From Desulfobulbus propionicus DSM 2032 (GTDB lineage: Bacteria; Desulfobacterota; Desulfobulbia; Desulfobulbales; Desulfobulbaceae): 32,000 nt of DNA. Where the stretch lies: assembly GCF_000186885.1 (NCBI RefSeq), contig NC_014972.1, forward strand, positions 60,001-92,000, given 5' to 3'. Of this stretch, positions 15,976 through 26,340 are shown in pieces (the first letter of the stretch is position 1; each line of letters opens with the position of its first letter). The position numbers were made by a program, and so were the translations under genes. The notes under the pieces are model-generated. The model made no database searches, was not told the origin of the DNA, and worked only from the letters and a program-made list of their open reading frames with translations.

Positions 15976-17976
15976 ATGCTCAGCATCAACAATCTCAACC
16001 TGCAGTACGGCAGCAAACATATTTTCCGCGACGTTTCGGCCCAGATCCACATCGGTGACCGGGTCGGCCTGGCAGGCGTCAACGGCGCCGGCAAGTCGAC
16101 CCTGCTCAGGATCATGTGCGGCGAGCAGGAGGTCGATCCGGGCATCGTCAACCGCGCTTCCTGGTTCACCGTGGCCTACCTGCCCCAGGAGGTGAGCATC
16201 GAACTGGGGAGCCGCAGCCTCTTTAGCGAGGCGGAATCGGCCTTTGACGAGGTCCTCGCCCAACAGGAAGAACTCGACCGGGTGAGCGAGGAGCTGGCCC
16301 TGCTCGATGCCGACAGCCCGGAGATCGAATCCTTGCTGGCCCGCCAGGGCGAGTTGCAGCATCTGCTCGAGGGCAGCGATGTGTTCCGCATCCGGCCGCA
16401 GATCGAACGGGTGCTGTTCGGGCTCGGTTTCTCCGCCGCCGACCTGGATCGCGAGGTGCGGAGTTTCTCCGGCGGCTGGATCATGCGGCTCTTGCTGGCC
16501 AAGCTGCTCTTGAAGCGGCCGGCACTGCTCCTTTTGGACGAGCCCACCAACCATCTCGACCTTGACTCGCTCACCTGGTTGGAGGAGTTTCTTCTCGGCT
16601 ATCAGGGCTCGATGGTTATCATCTCCCACGACCGTTCCTTCCTCGACCGGGTGACGCAGGTCACCTGGGAGCTGAGCCTGGGGCGACTGAGTGTTTTTCG
16701 CGGCAACTACTCCCATTATCTAGTGGAAAAGGCGCAGCGGCTGGAACTGGAGCGTGCCGCTTACGACAATCAGCAGGCCCTGATCCGCCAGAGTGAACGG
16801 TTCATCACCCGGTTCCGCGCCAAATCCACCAAGGCCAAGCAGGTGCAGAGCCGGGTCAAGCAGTTGGAGAAACTGGAACGGCTCGAGCTCTCGGAAACCG
16901 AGCGCACCATCCATTTTACCTTTCCGCCGGCCGCCCCCTCGGGCCGCGATGTGCTCAGCCTGGAGGGCGTGCGCAAAGCGTATCACGGCCAACAGGTGTT
17001 CGATGGCGTCAGCTTCTCCCTGCAGCGTGGCGACAAGCTGGCCGTGGTCGGCGTCAACGGCGCCGGCAAGACCACCCTGCTCAAGATTCTGGCTGGCCTG
17101 GAGCCGGCCGAGGGCACGATCAAGCCAGGCCACAACGTCATCCTCTCCTACTTCGGCCAGCATCAGGCCCAGGAGTTGGCCGGCGAGCTGACCATCCTCG
17201 ACACCGTCTATCACACCGCGGTCGACATGACCATCACCCAGGTGCGCTCCCTGCTCGGTGCCTTTCTCTTCAGCGGCGAGGAAGTGGAAAAGCAGGTGCG
17301 GGTGCTCTCCGGCGGCGAGAAATCACGGGTGGCCCTGGCCAAGATGCTGGTGCGGCCGGCCAACCTGATGCTGCTCGACGAACCCACCAACCACCTGGAC
17401 ATGAGCAGCCAGGAAATCCTCCAGGAGGCCATGGCCCAGTACGAGGGCACGATCATCGTCGTCTCCCACAACCGCTTCTTCGTCAACTCCTTTGTCAACA
17501 AAGTCCTGGAGATCAGAAACGGCAAGGCCACCATCCATGAGGGCAACATCGACGACTACCTCGAATGGCGGCGCAAGATGGAGGCTGTCCAGTCCGGGAC
17601 AGGCACCGAGTCGGCTAAAATAAAGGCACCCGTGCACACCTCCAGCGTCCCGGAGAGTAGTGGCGCGGTCGCCGACAAGAAGACGCAGCGCAAACAGCGG
17701 GCCCTGGAGCGGCAGCAGCTCAATAAAAAACTCGGTCCGTGGAAAAAGAAGAGTGACGAGGCGGAACGGGAGATCGAACGGTACGAGAGCCGCAAGGCCG
17801 AACTCGAAGCCCTGATGGCCGATCCCGACCTGTACGGCGACCAGGAGCGGTGGAGCGCCACCAGCAAGGAGTACGGCCAGGTGGAACGCCATCTGGAGCG
17901 GGCCTATCAGCGCTGGGAAGAGGCCCAGCAGGCCATCGAGGCCATTGAACGGGAAGTGGCGGCACACGATCAATAA
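15976..17976 (+). CDS. ABC-F family ATPase (two ABC domains plus a C-terminal coiled coil)
   Basis: Two Walker A motifs (GVNGAGKSTLL and [11 protein letters not shown]). Two signature motifs (FSGGW and LSGGEKSR). No TM domain. Charged coiled-coil tail. Confidence 0.9.
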   Translation: MLSINNLNLQYGSKHIFRDVSAQIHIGDRVGLAGVNGAGKSTLLRIMCGEQEVDPGIVNRASWFTVAYLPQEVSIELGSRSLFSEAESAFDEVLAQQEELDRVSEELALLDADSPEIESLLARQGELQHLLEGSDVFRIRPQIERVLFGLGFSAADLDREVRSFSGGWIMRLLLAKLLLKRPALLLLDEPTNHLDLDSLTWLEEFLLGYQGSMVIISHDRSFLDRVTQVTWELSLGRLSVFRGNYSHYLVEKAQRLELERAAYDNQQALIRQSERFITRFRAKSTKAKQVQSRVKQLEKLERLELSETERTIHFTFPPAAPSGRDVLSLEGVRKAYHGQQVFDGVSFSLQRGDKLAVVGVNGAGKTTLLKILAGLEPAEGTIKPGHNVILSYFGQHQAQELAGELTILDTVYHTAVDMTITQVRSLLGAFLFSGEEVEKQVRVLSGGEKSRVALAKMLVRPANLMLLDEPTNHLDMSSQEILQEAMAQYEGTIIVVSHNRFFVNSFVNKVLEIRNGKATIHEGNIDDYLEWRRKMEAVQSGTGTESAKIKAPVHTSSVPESSGAVADKKTQRKQRALERQQLNKKLGPWKKKSDEAEREIERYESRKAELEALMADPDLYGDQERWSATSKEYGQVERHLERAYQRWEEAQQAIEAIEREVAAHDQ

Positions 17977-18035
17977 GCGGAGCCCGTCCCGGCCTTCTGT
18001 TCAACCACTGCGCACCCCCTGAATTGGAGAAGAGT

Positions 18036-19754
18036 ATGAAAAAAGTTGTGGGAATTATTTTGTGCCTGGCAGTCATCGGCGGTGCCGGGATCTATTGGTT
18101 CATGGAGCGACAGGCCGCGGGCAATCAGTATGCCCGCACCCTGCCCCAGGAGGTGGTGGGGACGGTCAACCTGACCAACCTCGCCGCCCTGACCGATGGC
18201 TTTGCCGCCACGGCCCTTGGCCGGTTTCTGGCCAAGGACACCGTGCATGCCATCATGAAGGAGATGGGGGCCGAGAGCAAGGAGCTCGCCGAGTACGACC
18301 GGCTGTACGACTCTATTGCCCAGGTGATGACCAATCCGGCGTTCCGCGCGGTGTTCGGCGACGACGCCACCGTGGCCCTGTTGCCGCCCGACGAGAAATT
18401 GCTGACCGAGCGACCGATCCCGGCACTGCGGCAGAGCTTGGTGGTCGTGGCCCGGACATCGGCGGCCGGAGCCCTGGATCTGTTCAGCCGGATGCTGGAC
18501 AGCGCCAGCGTCAGCCGGGAGACCGTGGACGGGCTGGAGCTGACCAGGGTCACCCTGGACCGGAACCAGGTGATTTACGGGATTACCGAAGGCAAGACCG
18601 TGTTTCTCGCCTACGCCCCGGCGACGATCAAGCGTTGCCTCGCGGACGCCAAGGAAGAACACACCCTGGACAAGGTCGCGGCCTTTCAAGAAGCGCTCGC
18701 TTTCTGGCAGGCCGCGCCCCAGAAAAACACCTATTCGCGGGTCTACCTCAGCGTCCCTCAGGTAGCCGGGCTGCTGGCCGGGTCCACCAATCCGGAGATG
18801 CGGCAGAGTGGCGAGATGCTTCGCGGCGTGACAACCATGTATTCCCTCACCTTTGGAACCGACCAGGGGCTGGAAAGCCGGGCCCGTTCCACCTTCCGCT
18901 ACGATCAGTTGCACGAGATGGTCAAGAGCGCGGTGGACGCGGCCGCCGGATCGAATCAGTCCCTGCATCTGCTCAAGGAGCACACCCTGGCCTACAACTG
19001 GGCCTCCTCGCTGCGGCCGGAAATGCTCCTCAATGCCCTGTCCGCCAACAAGGGCGAAGTCCAGGAGGTGGATCGAGCGGTCCGCCAGTACCTGGGCGTT
19101 TCCCTGGATGAACTGGGACGGGCCATTGGTCCGCAATATGGCGGGGTATTGGAGGACATTGTCCGCACCGCGCTGTTTCCGGTGCCGAAGATGACCTTGT
19201 TCGTCGGTATCCGTGACCGGTCGATCGCCGAAACCATGCTGGCCGCCCTGCGCCGGACCATTGCCGAAACCGGCATGACCACCGAGGAGCAGGAGCAGGT
19301 GGGCGGCCACACCATCCATAGCTGGCCGGTGCTGCCCGACCCGGCGGCCCAGCCGGCCATGGTCCTCACCGATTCCATGCTCTACCTGGCCACCAGCAAA
19401 CAGGCGATCAGGGAACTGCTCGAATCCAAGGCCGCGCCCGATGCCTTGGCTCAACCGGTGGCAGCATCGCTTGGCGGTGAGCTGGGGGAACGCGTGGCCA
19501 AGGCCAATTTCGGCAGCTTTGTCCTGTATCCGCAGCGGATGTCCCGTCAGACGGGGCAGGCGATGGACTGGCTGGCCGGCATTCTCGCCACCACCAAAAA
19601 CATCTCGATCTCCCGGCTCAATCGTGAGTTGGTGCAGCTGATGCGGTCGACGGACCTGATCGCCGCCACGTCGCATTTGACCAAGGAGCAGGCCGAGTGG
19701 ACCATGACCATCAGAAAGGCGCGGGGCGAGCAGGGCGGAAACGGCGGCAAATAA
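18036..19754 (+). CDS. hypothetical secreted/membrane-anchored protein (possibly DUF3352-like)
   Basis: GGAGAAG Shine-Dalgarno sequence before the ATG at 18036. N-terminal signal anchor MKKVVGIILCLAVIGGAGIYWF. Normal amino-acid composition, unlike the antisense shadow ORF. The family assignment is a guess. Confidence 0.6.
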   Translation: MKKVVGIILCLAVIGGAGIYWFMERQAAGNQYARTLPQEVVGTVNLTNLAALTDGFAATALGRFLAKDTVHAIMKEMGAESKELAEYDRLYDSIAQVMTNPAFRAVFGDDATVALLPPDEKLLTERPIPALRQSLVVVARTSAAGALDLFSRMLDSASVSRETVDGLELTRVTLDRNQVIYGITEGKTVFLAYAPATIKRCLADAKEEHTLDKVAAFQEALAFWQAAPQKNTYSRVYLSVPQVAGLLAGSTNPEMRQSGEMLRGVTTMYSLTFGTDQGLESRARSTFRYDQLHEMVKSAVDAAAGSNQSLHLLKEHTLAYNWASSLRPEMLLNALSANKGEVQEVDRAVRQYLGVSLDELGRAIGPQYGGVLEDIVRTALFPVPKMTLFVGIRDRSIAETMLAALRRTIAETGMTTEEQEQVGGHTIHSWPVLPDPAAQPAMVLTDSMLYLATSKQAIRELLESKAAPDALAQPVAASLGGELGERVAKANFGSFVLYPQRMSRQTGQAMDWLAGILATTKNISISRLNRELVQLMRSTDLIAATSHLTKEQAEWTMTIRKARGEQGGNGGK

Positions 19755-19976
19755 TCCGATCGATCTGGAGTCCCAGGGTGGTGAACAAGGGGAAACAGCG
19801 GGAAAAAGCACTTGCCTAACCTGCTCCATTCAAGGTAAGGATGCTCCCTGAAAAACGGGTGGCACATGATGCGGACAGCAGGCGACGAACGCCGTCCGTA
19901 TCGGTCCGGTTGTCCGGGGTGCATTGTGAAACAGCATTTCGACCGGCCCCACGGGGCCACGAAAAGGAGGAATCAC

Positions 19977-21788
19977 GTGGCGTTTGACAAGGAAACACAA
20001 TTGTGGCTGTCCGGCAACGAGGCAATAGCCCTGGGCGCCTGGGAGGCGGGCGTGCGGGTGGCGTCCGGCTATCCGGGAACGCCGTCGACGGAAATCATGG
20101 GCAACCTGAGCCGCTACGAGGGCGTCTACACCGAGTGGGCCCCCAACGAGAAGGTGGGACTGGAAGTGGCCATCGGCGCCTCCTTTGCCGGAGCCCGGGC
20201 GCTCGCGACCATGAAGCATGTCGGCCTTAACGTGGCCGCCGATCCGTTGTTTACCGCCGCCTACACCGGCGTGCGCGGCGGCCTGGTGATCCTGAACGCC
20301 GACGATCCCCAGATGCACAGCTCCCAGAACGAGCAGGACAACCGCAACTACGCTTTTGCCGCCAAACTGCCCCTGCTCGAACCTTCCGATCCGGCCGAGG
20401 CCAAGGAGATGATGGGCCGCGCCTACCAGCTCAGCGAGCAGTTGGACACCCCGGTGATCATCCGCATCACCACCCGCATCGCCCACGTCAAGGGCGTGGT
20501 GACCAAGGGAACCCGTTGCGAGGTTCCGGAGCCGTCGATGGAGAAGTCGCCGGCCAAGATGGTCATGCTGCCCGGTAATGCCCGGGTGCGCCGCGTGGCG
20601 GTGGAAAAACGGATGCAGGCCGCGCGCGAACTGGCCGAGACCCTGCCCGAGAATCGGATCGAACCGGGCACCGGCAAGCGCGGTTTCATTACCTCCGGCG
20701 TGCCCTACAACTACGTCAAAGAGGCCTTCCCCAACGCGCCGGTGCTCAAGCTGGGCATGGTCTGGCCGCTGCCGGAGCGGATGATCCGCGATTTTGCCGC
20801 CACGGTGGACGAGCTGGTCGTGGTCGAGGAGCTCGATCCCTTTATCGAGACCCACCTCAAGGCCATGGGTATTGCCTGCCGGGGCAAGGAGCTGATCCCC
20901 AACCAGGGCGAGCTCAATTCGTTCATCGTCCGCAAGGCGCTCGCTCCTGAAAGCATCGGCGAGCTGTTTGCGCCGCTGGAACTGCCGATGCGGCCGCCGA
21001 ACATGTGCGCCGGTTGCCCGCACCGCGGTCTGTTTTACGGGCTGTCCAAAATGAAGGACGTGTTTGTCTCCGGCGATATTGGCTGCTACACCCTCGGATT
21101 TCTGCCGCCGCTGTCGGCCATGGACGCCTGCGTGTGCATGGGCGCCTCGATCACCATGGCCCACGGCATGGCCAAGGCGCTCGGCAAGCAGGGCGAGGGC
21201 AAGATCGTGGCCGTGCTCGGCGATTCCACTTTCATGCACTCGGGCATCACCGGCCTGCTGAACATGGTCTACAACGGTACCTACGCCTCGGTGATCATCC
21301 TTGACAACCGGACCACGGCCATGACCGGCCACCAGGACAACCCGGCCTCGGGCCGCAACATCCTCGGCGATGCGGCTCCGGCCCTGGATCTCGAGCAGCT
21401 CTGCCGGGCGATCGGCGTCAACAGGGTAACCGTGGTCAATCCGCACGATGTCGAGGCCACGCGCAAGACACTCAAGGAGGAAATCGAGGCGCCCGAGCCC
21501 TCGGTAATCATCAGCCGCGCCCCCTGCGTGCTCCTGCCGGAGGAGGTCAAGCGCAAGAAACCGGTGTATTTCACCAATCTCGCCAACTGCACCGGCTGTA
21601 CCCTGTGCGTGCAGATGGGCTGCCCGGCCATCAGCTGGACGCCGCTCACCCCGGAAGAGGCGGTGGCACGCGGCTATCGTGAAAAACAAAAAGGGTTTGC
21701 CCAGATTGCCGAGGTGCAGTGCAACGGCTGTGGCCAGTGTGCCTGCGTGTGCAAATTCGACGCGATCACCCGAAAGGAGGCAAAGTGA
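19977..21788 (+). CDS. iorA: indolepyruvate:ferredoxin oxidoreductase alpha subunit
   Basis: AAGGAGG Shine-Dalgarno sequence, then GTG at 19977. LSGNEAIALGAWEAGVRVASGYPGTPSTEI. TPP-binding block GDIGCYTLG...GDSTFMHSG. C-terminal 2x[4Fe-4S] motifs CTGCTLC and CNGCGQCACVC. Confidence 0.9.
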   Translation: MAFDKETQLWLSGNEAIALGAWEAGVRVASGYPGTPSTEIMGNLSRYEGVYTEWAPNEKVGLEVAIGASFAGARALATMKHVGLNVAADPLFTAAYTGVRGGLVILNADDPQMHSSQNEQDNRNYAFAAKLPLLEPSDPAEAKEMMGRAYQLSEQLDTPVIIRITTRIAHVKGVVTKGTRCEVPEPSMEKSPAKMVMLPGNARVRRVAVEKRMQAARELAETLPENRIEPGTGKRGFITSGVPYNYVKEAFPNAPVLKLGMVWPLPERMIRDFAATVDELVVVEELDPFIETHLKAMGIACRGKELIPNQGELNSFIVRKALAPESIGELFAPLELPMRPPNMCAGCPHRGLFYGLSKMKDVFVSGDIGCYTLGFLPPLSAMDACVCMGASITMAHGMAKALGKQGEGKIVAVLGDSTFMHSGITGLLNMVYNGTYASVIILDNRTTAMTGHQDNPASGRNILGDAAPALDLEQLCRAIGVNRVTVVNPHDVEATRKTLKEEIEAPEPSVIISRAPCVLLPEEVKRKKPVYFTNLANCTGCTLCVQMGCPAISWTPLTPEEAVARGYREKQKGFAQIAEVQCNGCGQCACVCKFDAITRKEAK

Positions 21789-22372
21789 TGAAACAGAGCG
21801 GCAACATACTCTTTTCCGGTGTCGGCGGCCAGGGTATCCTCCTGGCCAGCGAGCTGACCGCCCATGCCCAATTGGCGGCCGGGTTCGACGTCAAGAAAAG
21901 CGAGGTGCACGGCATGGCCCAGCGCGGCGGCTCGGTCGAGGCCCATCTGCGCTACGGCGAGAAGGTCTACTCACCGCTGATCGAATTGGGCGCGGCCGAC
22001 ATCCTGGTGGCCTTCGAGATCCTGGAGGCGGTCCGCTATCTGCCCTACCTCCATCGGGACAGCGCGGTGGTGGTCAACACCCAGAAGATCCTGCCGCCGG
22101 CGGTGGCGCTCGGCAAGGCCAGCTACCCCGAGAACATCCTCGATGAGCTCAAATCCCGCCACATCAACGTCGTGGCCATCGACGCCTTTGCCGTGGCCGA
22201 GTCGGTGGGCGAGCTGCGGACCGCCAACGTGGCCATGGTCGGGGCAATGTCCAACTTCCTGGCGGTCGATCCCGAGGTCTTTCTTGCGGTGATCGACAAC
22301 ACGGTCAAGGCCCAGTTCCGCGAGGTCAACAAGCGGGCGTTCAGCGCCGGCCGGGCGGCTGTCTACGCCTGA
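21788..22372 (+). CDS. iorB: indolepyruvate:ferredoxin oxidoreductase beta subunit
   Basis: [16 protein letters not shown] and [22 protein letters not shown] (POR gamma-type domain). The ATG overlaps the iorA TGA by 1 nt. Confidence 0.85.
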   Translation: MKQSGNILFSGVGGQGILLASELTAHAQLAAGFDVKKSEVHGMAQRGGSVEAHLRYGEKVYSPLIELGAADILVAFEILEAVRYLPYLHRDSAVVVNTQKILPPAVALGKASYPENILDELKSRHINVVAIDAFAVAESVGELRTANVAMVGAMSNFLAVDPEVFLAVIDNTVKAQFREVNKRAFSAGRAAVYA

Positions 22373-22398
22373 GGCGCACGAAGAGAGAGGACGAGCAC

Positions 22399-23697
22399 AT
22401 GATTTGGCAAGAGATAGAAACCCTGCCCCGCGCGGGGTTGGAGTCGATCCAGCTCAGGCGGTTGCAGGGGCTGGTGTACCGGATGTACGATCGCGTCTTG
22501 CCCTATCGGCGCAAGATGGACGAGGCCGGGGTCAAGCCCGGGGATATTCAGTCGCTTGCCGACCTGCGCAAGCTGCCCTTCACCACCAAGGACGATCTGC
22601 GCGACAATTATCCCTTCGGCCTCTTCGCCACCCCCATGGACGATGTCATCCGCGTGCACGCCTCGTCGGGCACCACCGGCAAGTCGACCGTGGTCGGCTA
22701 TACTCAGGTGGACATCGAGCTCTGGGCCTCGGTCATGGCCCGCTGCCTGACCATGGCCGGGGTGACCAAGGGCGACATGGTGCACAACGCCTACGGCTAC
22801 GGCCTGTTCACCGGCGGTCTGGGCGCCCATTACGGCATCGAGGCGCTGGGAGCCACCGTTATTCCGGTGTCCGGCGGCAACTCGAAACGGCAGGTGACCA
22901 TCATGCGTGACTTCGGTTCCACCGTGCTGCTCTCCACTCCGTCCTACGCGCTCAATTTGGCCGATGCCATGGTCGATGCCGGCATCTCGCCCGACGACCT
23001 CAAACTGCGGGTCGGCATTCATGGCGCCGAGCCCTGGAGCCGGAACATGCGCGAGGAGGTCGAGCGCAAGCTGGGCATCAAGGCCTTGGACATCTATGGC
23101 CTGTCCGAGATCATCGGCCCAGGGGTGTCCATGGAGTGTCTCCACTCCGAGCACGGCATGCATATCCTGGAGGACAACTTCCTGCCCGAGGTGATTGATC
23201 CCGACACGTTGGAACCGCTGCCCTACGGCGAAACCGGCGAATTGGTGTTTACCACCCTGACCAAGGAGGCCTTTCCCCTGATCCGCTACCGCACCAAGGA
23301 CATCTCCCGCCTGTTCCTTGAACCCTGCGCATGCGGCCGCACCCTGATCCGCATGGAAAAGGTCACCGGCCGCACCGACGACATGCTGATCATCCGCGGG
23401 GTCAACGTCTTCCCCTCGCAGGTCGAGCACGTCCTAGTCGGCATCAAGGGGGTCGAACCGCACTACCAGATTGAAGTCACCCGCGACGGCAACCTAGACG
23501 TGATGTCGGTGCTGGTCGAGGTGAGCGAGCATATTTTCTCTGATGAAATCAAGGTGCTGGAGAATCTGACCAAGAAGATCCAGACGGAGATCAAGGACAT
23601 GCTTGGGGTGACCTGCAAGGTCAAACTGGTGGAGCCCCGCTCGATCCAGCGCTCCGAGGGCAAGGCACAGCGGGTCATTGATCGGCGCACAATCTAA
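22399..23697 (+). CDS. paaK: phenylacetate-CoA ligase family (PaaK-type aryl-acid CoA ligase), copy 1
   Basis: [36 protein letters not shown], the [11 protein letters not shown] hinge, and C-terminal [12 protein letters not shown]. Confidence 0.85.
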   Translation: MIWQEIETLPRAGLESIQLRRLQGLVYRMYDRVLPYRRKMDEAGVKPGDIQSLADLRKLPFTTKDDLRDNYPFGLFATPMDDVIRVHASSGTTGKSTVVGYTQVDIELWASVMARCLTMAGVTKGDMVHNAYGYGLFTGGLGAHYGIEALGATVIPVSGGNSKRQVTIMRDFGSTVLLSTPSYALNLADAMVDAGISPDDLKLRVGIHGAEPWSRNMREEVERKLGIKALDIYGLSEIIGPGVSMECLHSEHGMHILEDNFLPEVIDPDTLEPLPYGETGELVFTTLTKEAFPLIRYRTKDISRLFLEPCACGRTLIRMEKVTGRTDDMLIIRGVNVFPSQVEHVLVGIKGVEPHYQIEVTRDGNLDVMSVLVEVSEHIFSDEIKVLENLTKKIQTEIKDMLGVTCKVKLVEPRSIQRSEGKAQRVIDRRTI

Positions 23698-23716
23698 TTC
23701 CTATCAGGAGGGTCGT

Positions 23717-24148
23717 ATGCGTGTAGAGCAGATTGCGGTTTTTCTCGAGAACAAATCCGGGCGTCTGGCGGAGATCACCCGCATCCTGGCGGACAACGAC
23801 ATCAATATCCGCGCGTTGAGCGTGGCCGATACCGCTGATTTCGGTATCCTCCGCCTGATCGTCGACAAGGTCGATCTAGCCAAGGACGTCTTGCGCGCCG
23901 GCGGCTTTACCGTCGGCAAGACCAATGTGGTCGCGGTCGAGGTGCCGGACCGTTCCGGCGGCTTGGCCAGTGTGCTCAAGGTGGTCAACGAGGTCGGCCT
24001 GAATGTCGAGTACATGTATGCTTTTGTCAACAAGAGCGGCGCCAACGCGGTGCTGATTTTTCGCTTCGACGATATGGACAAGGCCATCGAGGTGTTGCAG
24101 GCCAATGGGTTTACCTTGCTGACCGGAGCGCAGATCTGCGCCCTGTAG
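23717..24148 (+). CDS. tandem ACT-domain protein (small-molecule/amino-acid binding)
   Basis: Two ACT-like repeats: [29 protein letters not shown] and [39 protein letters not shown] Shine-Dalgarno sequence. Confidence 0.8.
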   Translation: MRVEQIAVFLENKSGRLAEITRILADNDINIRALSVADTADFGILRLIVDKVDLAKDVLRAGGFTVGKTNVVAVEVPDRSGGLASVLKVVNEVGLNVEYMYAFVNKSGANAVLIFRFDDMDKAIEVLQANGFTLLTGAQICAL

Positions 24149-24158
24149 GAGGTGCCGG

Positions 24159-24195
24159 GACGCTGCCCCGCCGTTTTCGTCGGCGGGGCAGCGTC
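24159..24195 (+). other. perfect 15-bp GC-rich hairpin without a U-tract (ACT gene / SBP gene junction)
   Basis: gacgctgccccgccg (24159-24173) pairs with cggcggggcagcgtc (24181-24195). The loop is 7 nt. It is followed by gtgtatgc, not a T run. Confidence 0.5.
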
Positions 24196-24237
24196 GTGTA
24201 TGCGTGCGGTCCATTTGGAGGATAAAAGGGGGAAACA

Positions 24238-25398
24238 ATGAACAGCAGTATGAAACGATTGGCGCTAGGCTGCGTTGTCTGCGGATGCATGGTGGCGGCC
24301 ACGCTCTCGGGAGCGAGTGCGGGCACCATCAAGGTGGGGGCGATATTTGCGGTGAGCGGGCCGGCGTCCTTTCTCGGCGGGCCCGAGGCCCGCAGCGCCC
24401 AAATGGTGGTGGAGAAGATCAACCAGGGCGGCGGCATCAACGGCGACACCATCGAGCTGATTGTCAAGGATTCGGCGGGCAGCTCGGAAAAGGCGGTGTC
24501 CTTTGCCAAGCAGCTGATCGAGGAGGAAAAGGTGGTGGCCATCATCGGCCCCTCGACCTCCGGTGAGTCCATGGCGGTGAAGAAAGTGGCCGAGGACGGC
24601 CAGACCACCCTGATTTCCTGCGCCGCCGCCGAGGTGATCGTCGATCCGGTGGCCCGCTATGTGTTCAAGACGCCGCAGAAGGACAGTTTTGCCGCTCAGA
24701 TGATCTTCGAGGAGATGCGCCGGCAGAAGATCAGCACCATCGCCATCGCCGCCGGCAACGACGGTTTCGGCAAGGCCGGCAAGGAACAGCTGGAGAAAAT
24801 GGCGCCCCGATTTGACATCAAGGTGGCCGCCTCCGAGACCTACGACAGCAAGGCCACCAATCTCGGCGCCTTGGTGGCCAAGCTGAAGGCCGATACGTCC
24901 ATCCAGGCGGTGGTCAACTGGTCGGTGGTCCCGGCCCAGGCGATCATTGCCACGAACATGCGCCAGGCCAAATGGACGGTGCCGCTGTTTCAGAGCCATG
25001 GATTTGGCAACATCAAGTATGCCGAGGCCGCCGGGCCTGCCGCCGAAGGGATCATCTTTCCCTGCGGCCGCTTGCTGGTGGTCGACGCCCTGGCCGACGA
25101 TCATCCGCAGAAGGCTCTGCTCAGCGAGTACAAGCGCGACTATGAGGCCAAGTACAAGGAGGATGCCTCGGCCTTCGGCGGATACGCCTTTGATGCCATG
25201 AACATGGTGGCCGCGGCGGTCAGGCAGGCCGGCAACGACCGGGCCAAGGTGCGCGACGCGGTTGAGGGGTTGAAGAATTTTGCCGGGGTTGGCGGCATGT
25301 TCTCCTTCACCCCCCAGGATCATAACGGGCTCACCATCGATTCGTTTGCCCTGCTCACGGTCAAGGACGGCAAATTCATCCTCTACCAGGGACAATAA
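24238..25398 (+). CDS. LivK/Leu-Ile-Val-binding-type periplasmic substrate-binding protein
   Basis: Signal peptide. IKVGAIFAVSGPASFLGGPE and GPSTSGES blocks, typical of type I PBPs of the HAAT family. Confidence 0.85.
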   Translation: MNSSMKRLALGCVVCGCMVAATLSGASAGTIKVGAIFAVSGPASFLGGPEARSAQMVVEKINQGGGINGDTIELIVKDSAGSSEKAVSFAKQLIEEEKVVAIIGPSTSGESMAVKKVAEDGQTTLISCAAAEVIVDPVARYVFKTPQKDSFAAQMIFEEMRRQKISTIAIAAGNDGFGKAGKEQLEKMAPRFDIKVAASETYDSKATNLGALVAKLKADTSIQAVVNWSVVPAQAIIATNMRQAKWTVPLFQSHGFGNIKYAEAAGPAAEGIIFPCGRLLVVDALADDHPQKALLSEYKRDYEAKYKEDASAFGGYAFDAMNMVAAAVRQAGNDRAKVRDAVEGLKNFAGVGGMFSFTPQDHNGLTIDSFALLTVKDGKFILYQGQ

Positions 25399-25407
25399 CC
25401 TCTGCGC

Positions 25408-25433
25408 CGGCGGGGATCGCGCGATCCCCGCCG
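25408..25433 (+). other. 26-nt perfect palindrome/hairpin (SBP gene / permease gene junction)
   Basis: cggcggggatcgc|gcgatccccgccg. No U-tract follows. Confidence 0.5.
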
Positions 25434-25449
25434 CACAGTGACAGAACGC

Positions 25450-26340
25450 ATGAGTCCGGATCTCTTCTTCCAATACCTCTTTGCCGGCATCACCTACGGT
25501 AGTATCTACGCCATTGTCGCCATTGGCTTCAACATCATCTACAATACCACCGGCATCATCAACTTTGCCCAAGGCGAGTTCGTGATGCTCGGCGGCATGA
25601 TCTCGATTTCCCTGCTGCCGTTCATGCCCCTAGGCTATGCCATTGCCGCGGCGGTGGTGATCACCATGCTGATCGGCGCCGTCATCGAGATGCTGTTCAT
25701 CCGCTGGCTGGAAAGCCCTTCGGTGCTCAGGATGATCATCATCACCATCGGCATCTCCATCCTGCTGCGGGAGTCGGCCCTCCATATCTGGGGTGAGTCG
25801 ATTCGCAGCCTGCCCTATTTTTACGGCAACGAGGTGACCACCTTTTCCCTGGGCAGCGTCCATGTCTCGCCGCAGGTGGTGTGGGTGATTGTTGCGTGTT
25901 CGGTGATGATGGGGGGGCTGAGCCTTTTTTTCAAGAGCACGCCGGTTGGCCGGGAGATGCGCGCCTGCTCCGCCAACCGGACCGCGGCCCTGCTGTGCGG
26001 GATCAACACCCGCAACATGGTCACCCTGAGCTTCATGCTCAGTGCCGGCATAGGGGCGCTGGCGGGCTGCGTGATGTCGCCGATCACCTACACCCAGTAC
26101 GATTCCGGGACCTCGCTGGCGATCAAGGGGTTCACCGTCGCTATCCTCGGCGGGTTGGGCAATTCCATGGCCGCGGTGGCCGCCGGCATTCTTTTGGGCA
26201 TCATCGAGGCCTTTTCCGTTTCCGTGGTGCCGTTGGCCTTTCAAGACGCCATTTCGATCACCATCCTGCTCATCATCCTTTTTGTCAAACCCCATGGGCT
26301 GTTTGGTTCCAGCGAGACGGCGCGGTTGAAGGATTTCTGA
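25450..26340 (+). CDS. livH: HAAT-family ABC transporter permease (LivH-like)
   Basis: FFQYLFAGITYGSIYAIVAIGFNIIYNTTGIINFAQGEF is a LivH N-terminal signature. Alternative GTG start at 25438. Confidence 0.85.
   Translation: MSPDLFFQYLFAGITYGSIYAIVAIGFNIIYNTTGIINFAQGEFVMLGGMISISLLPFMPLGYAIAAAVVITMLIGAVIEMLFIRWLESPSVLRMIIITIGISILLRESALHIWGESIRSLPYFYGNEVTTFSLGSVHVSPQVVWVIVACSVMMGGLSLFFKSTPVGREMRACSANRTAALLCGINTRNMVTLSFMLSAGIGALAGCVMSPITYTQYDSGTSLAIKGFTVAILGGLGNSMAAVAAGILLGIIEAFSVSVVPLAFQDAISITILLIILFVKPHGLFGSSETARLKDF

Noticed and set aside
19860-19875. Exact TGGCAC hexamer upstream of iorA, considered as a sigma-54 -24 element.
   Set aside because: The position where the -12 GC should fall (10 nt after GG) reads GG. 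The nearest GC is 2 nt too close, so the spacing does not fit a sigma-54 promoter.
17970-21689. Two consecutive 619-aa minus-strand ORFs (17970-19829 and 19830-21689), plus similar long antisense ORFs at 1351-2478, 10275-11894, 22363-23430, 24265-25572, 27302-29044 and 29041-30162.
   Set aside because: Their translations are Gly/Arg/His/Pro/Gln-rich low-information sequence, typical of shadow ORFs in GC-rich DNA. The opposite strand encodes proteins with unmistakable family motifs (IorA, SpeA, MltB, PaaK, Liv proteins). The identical 619-aa length is treated as coincidence.
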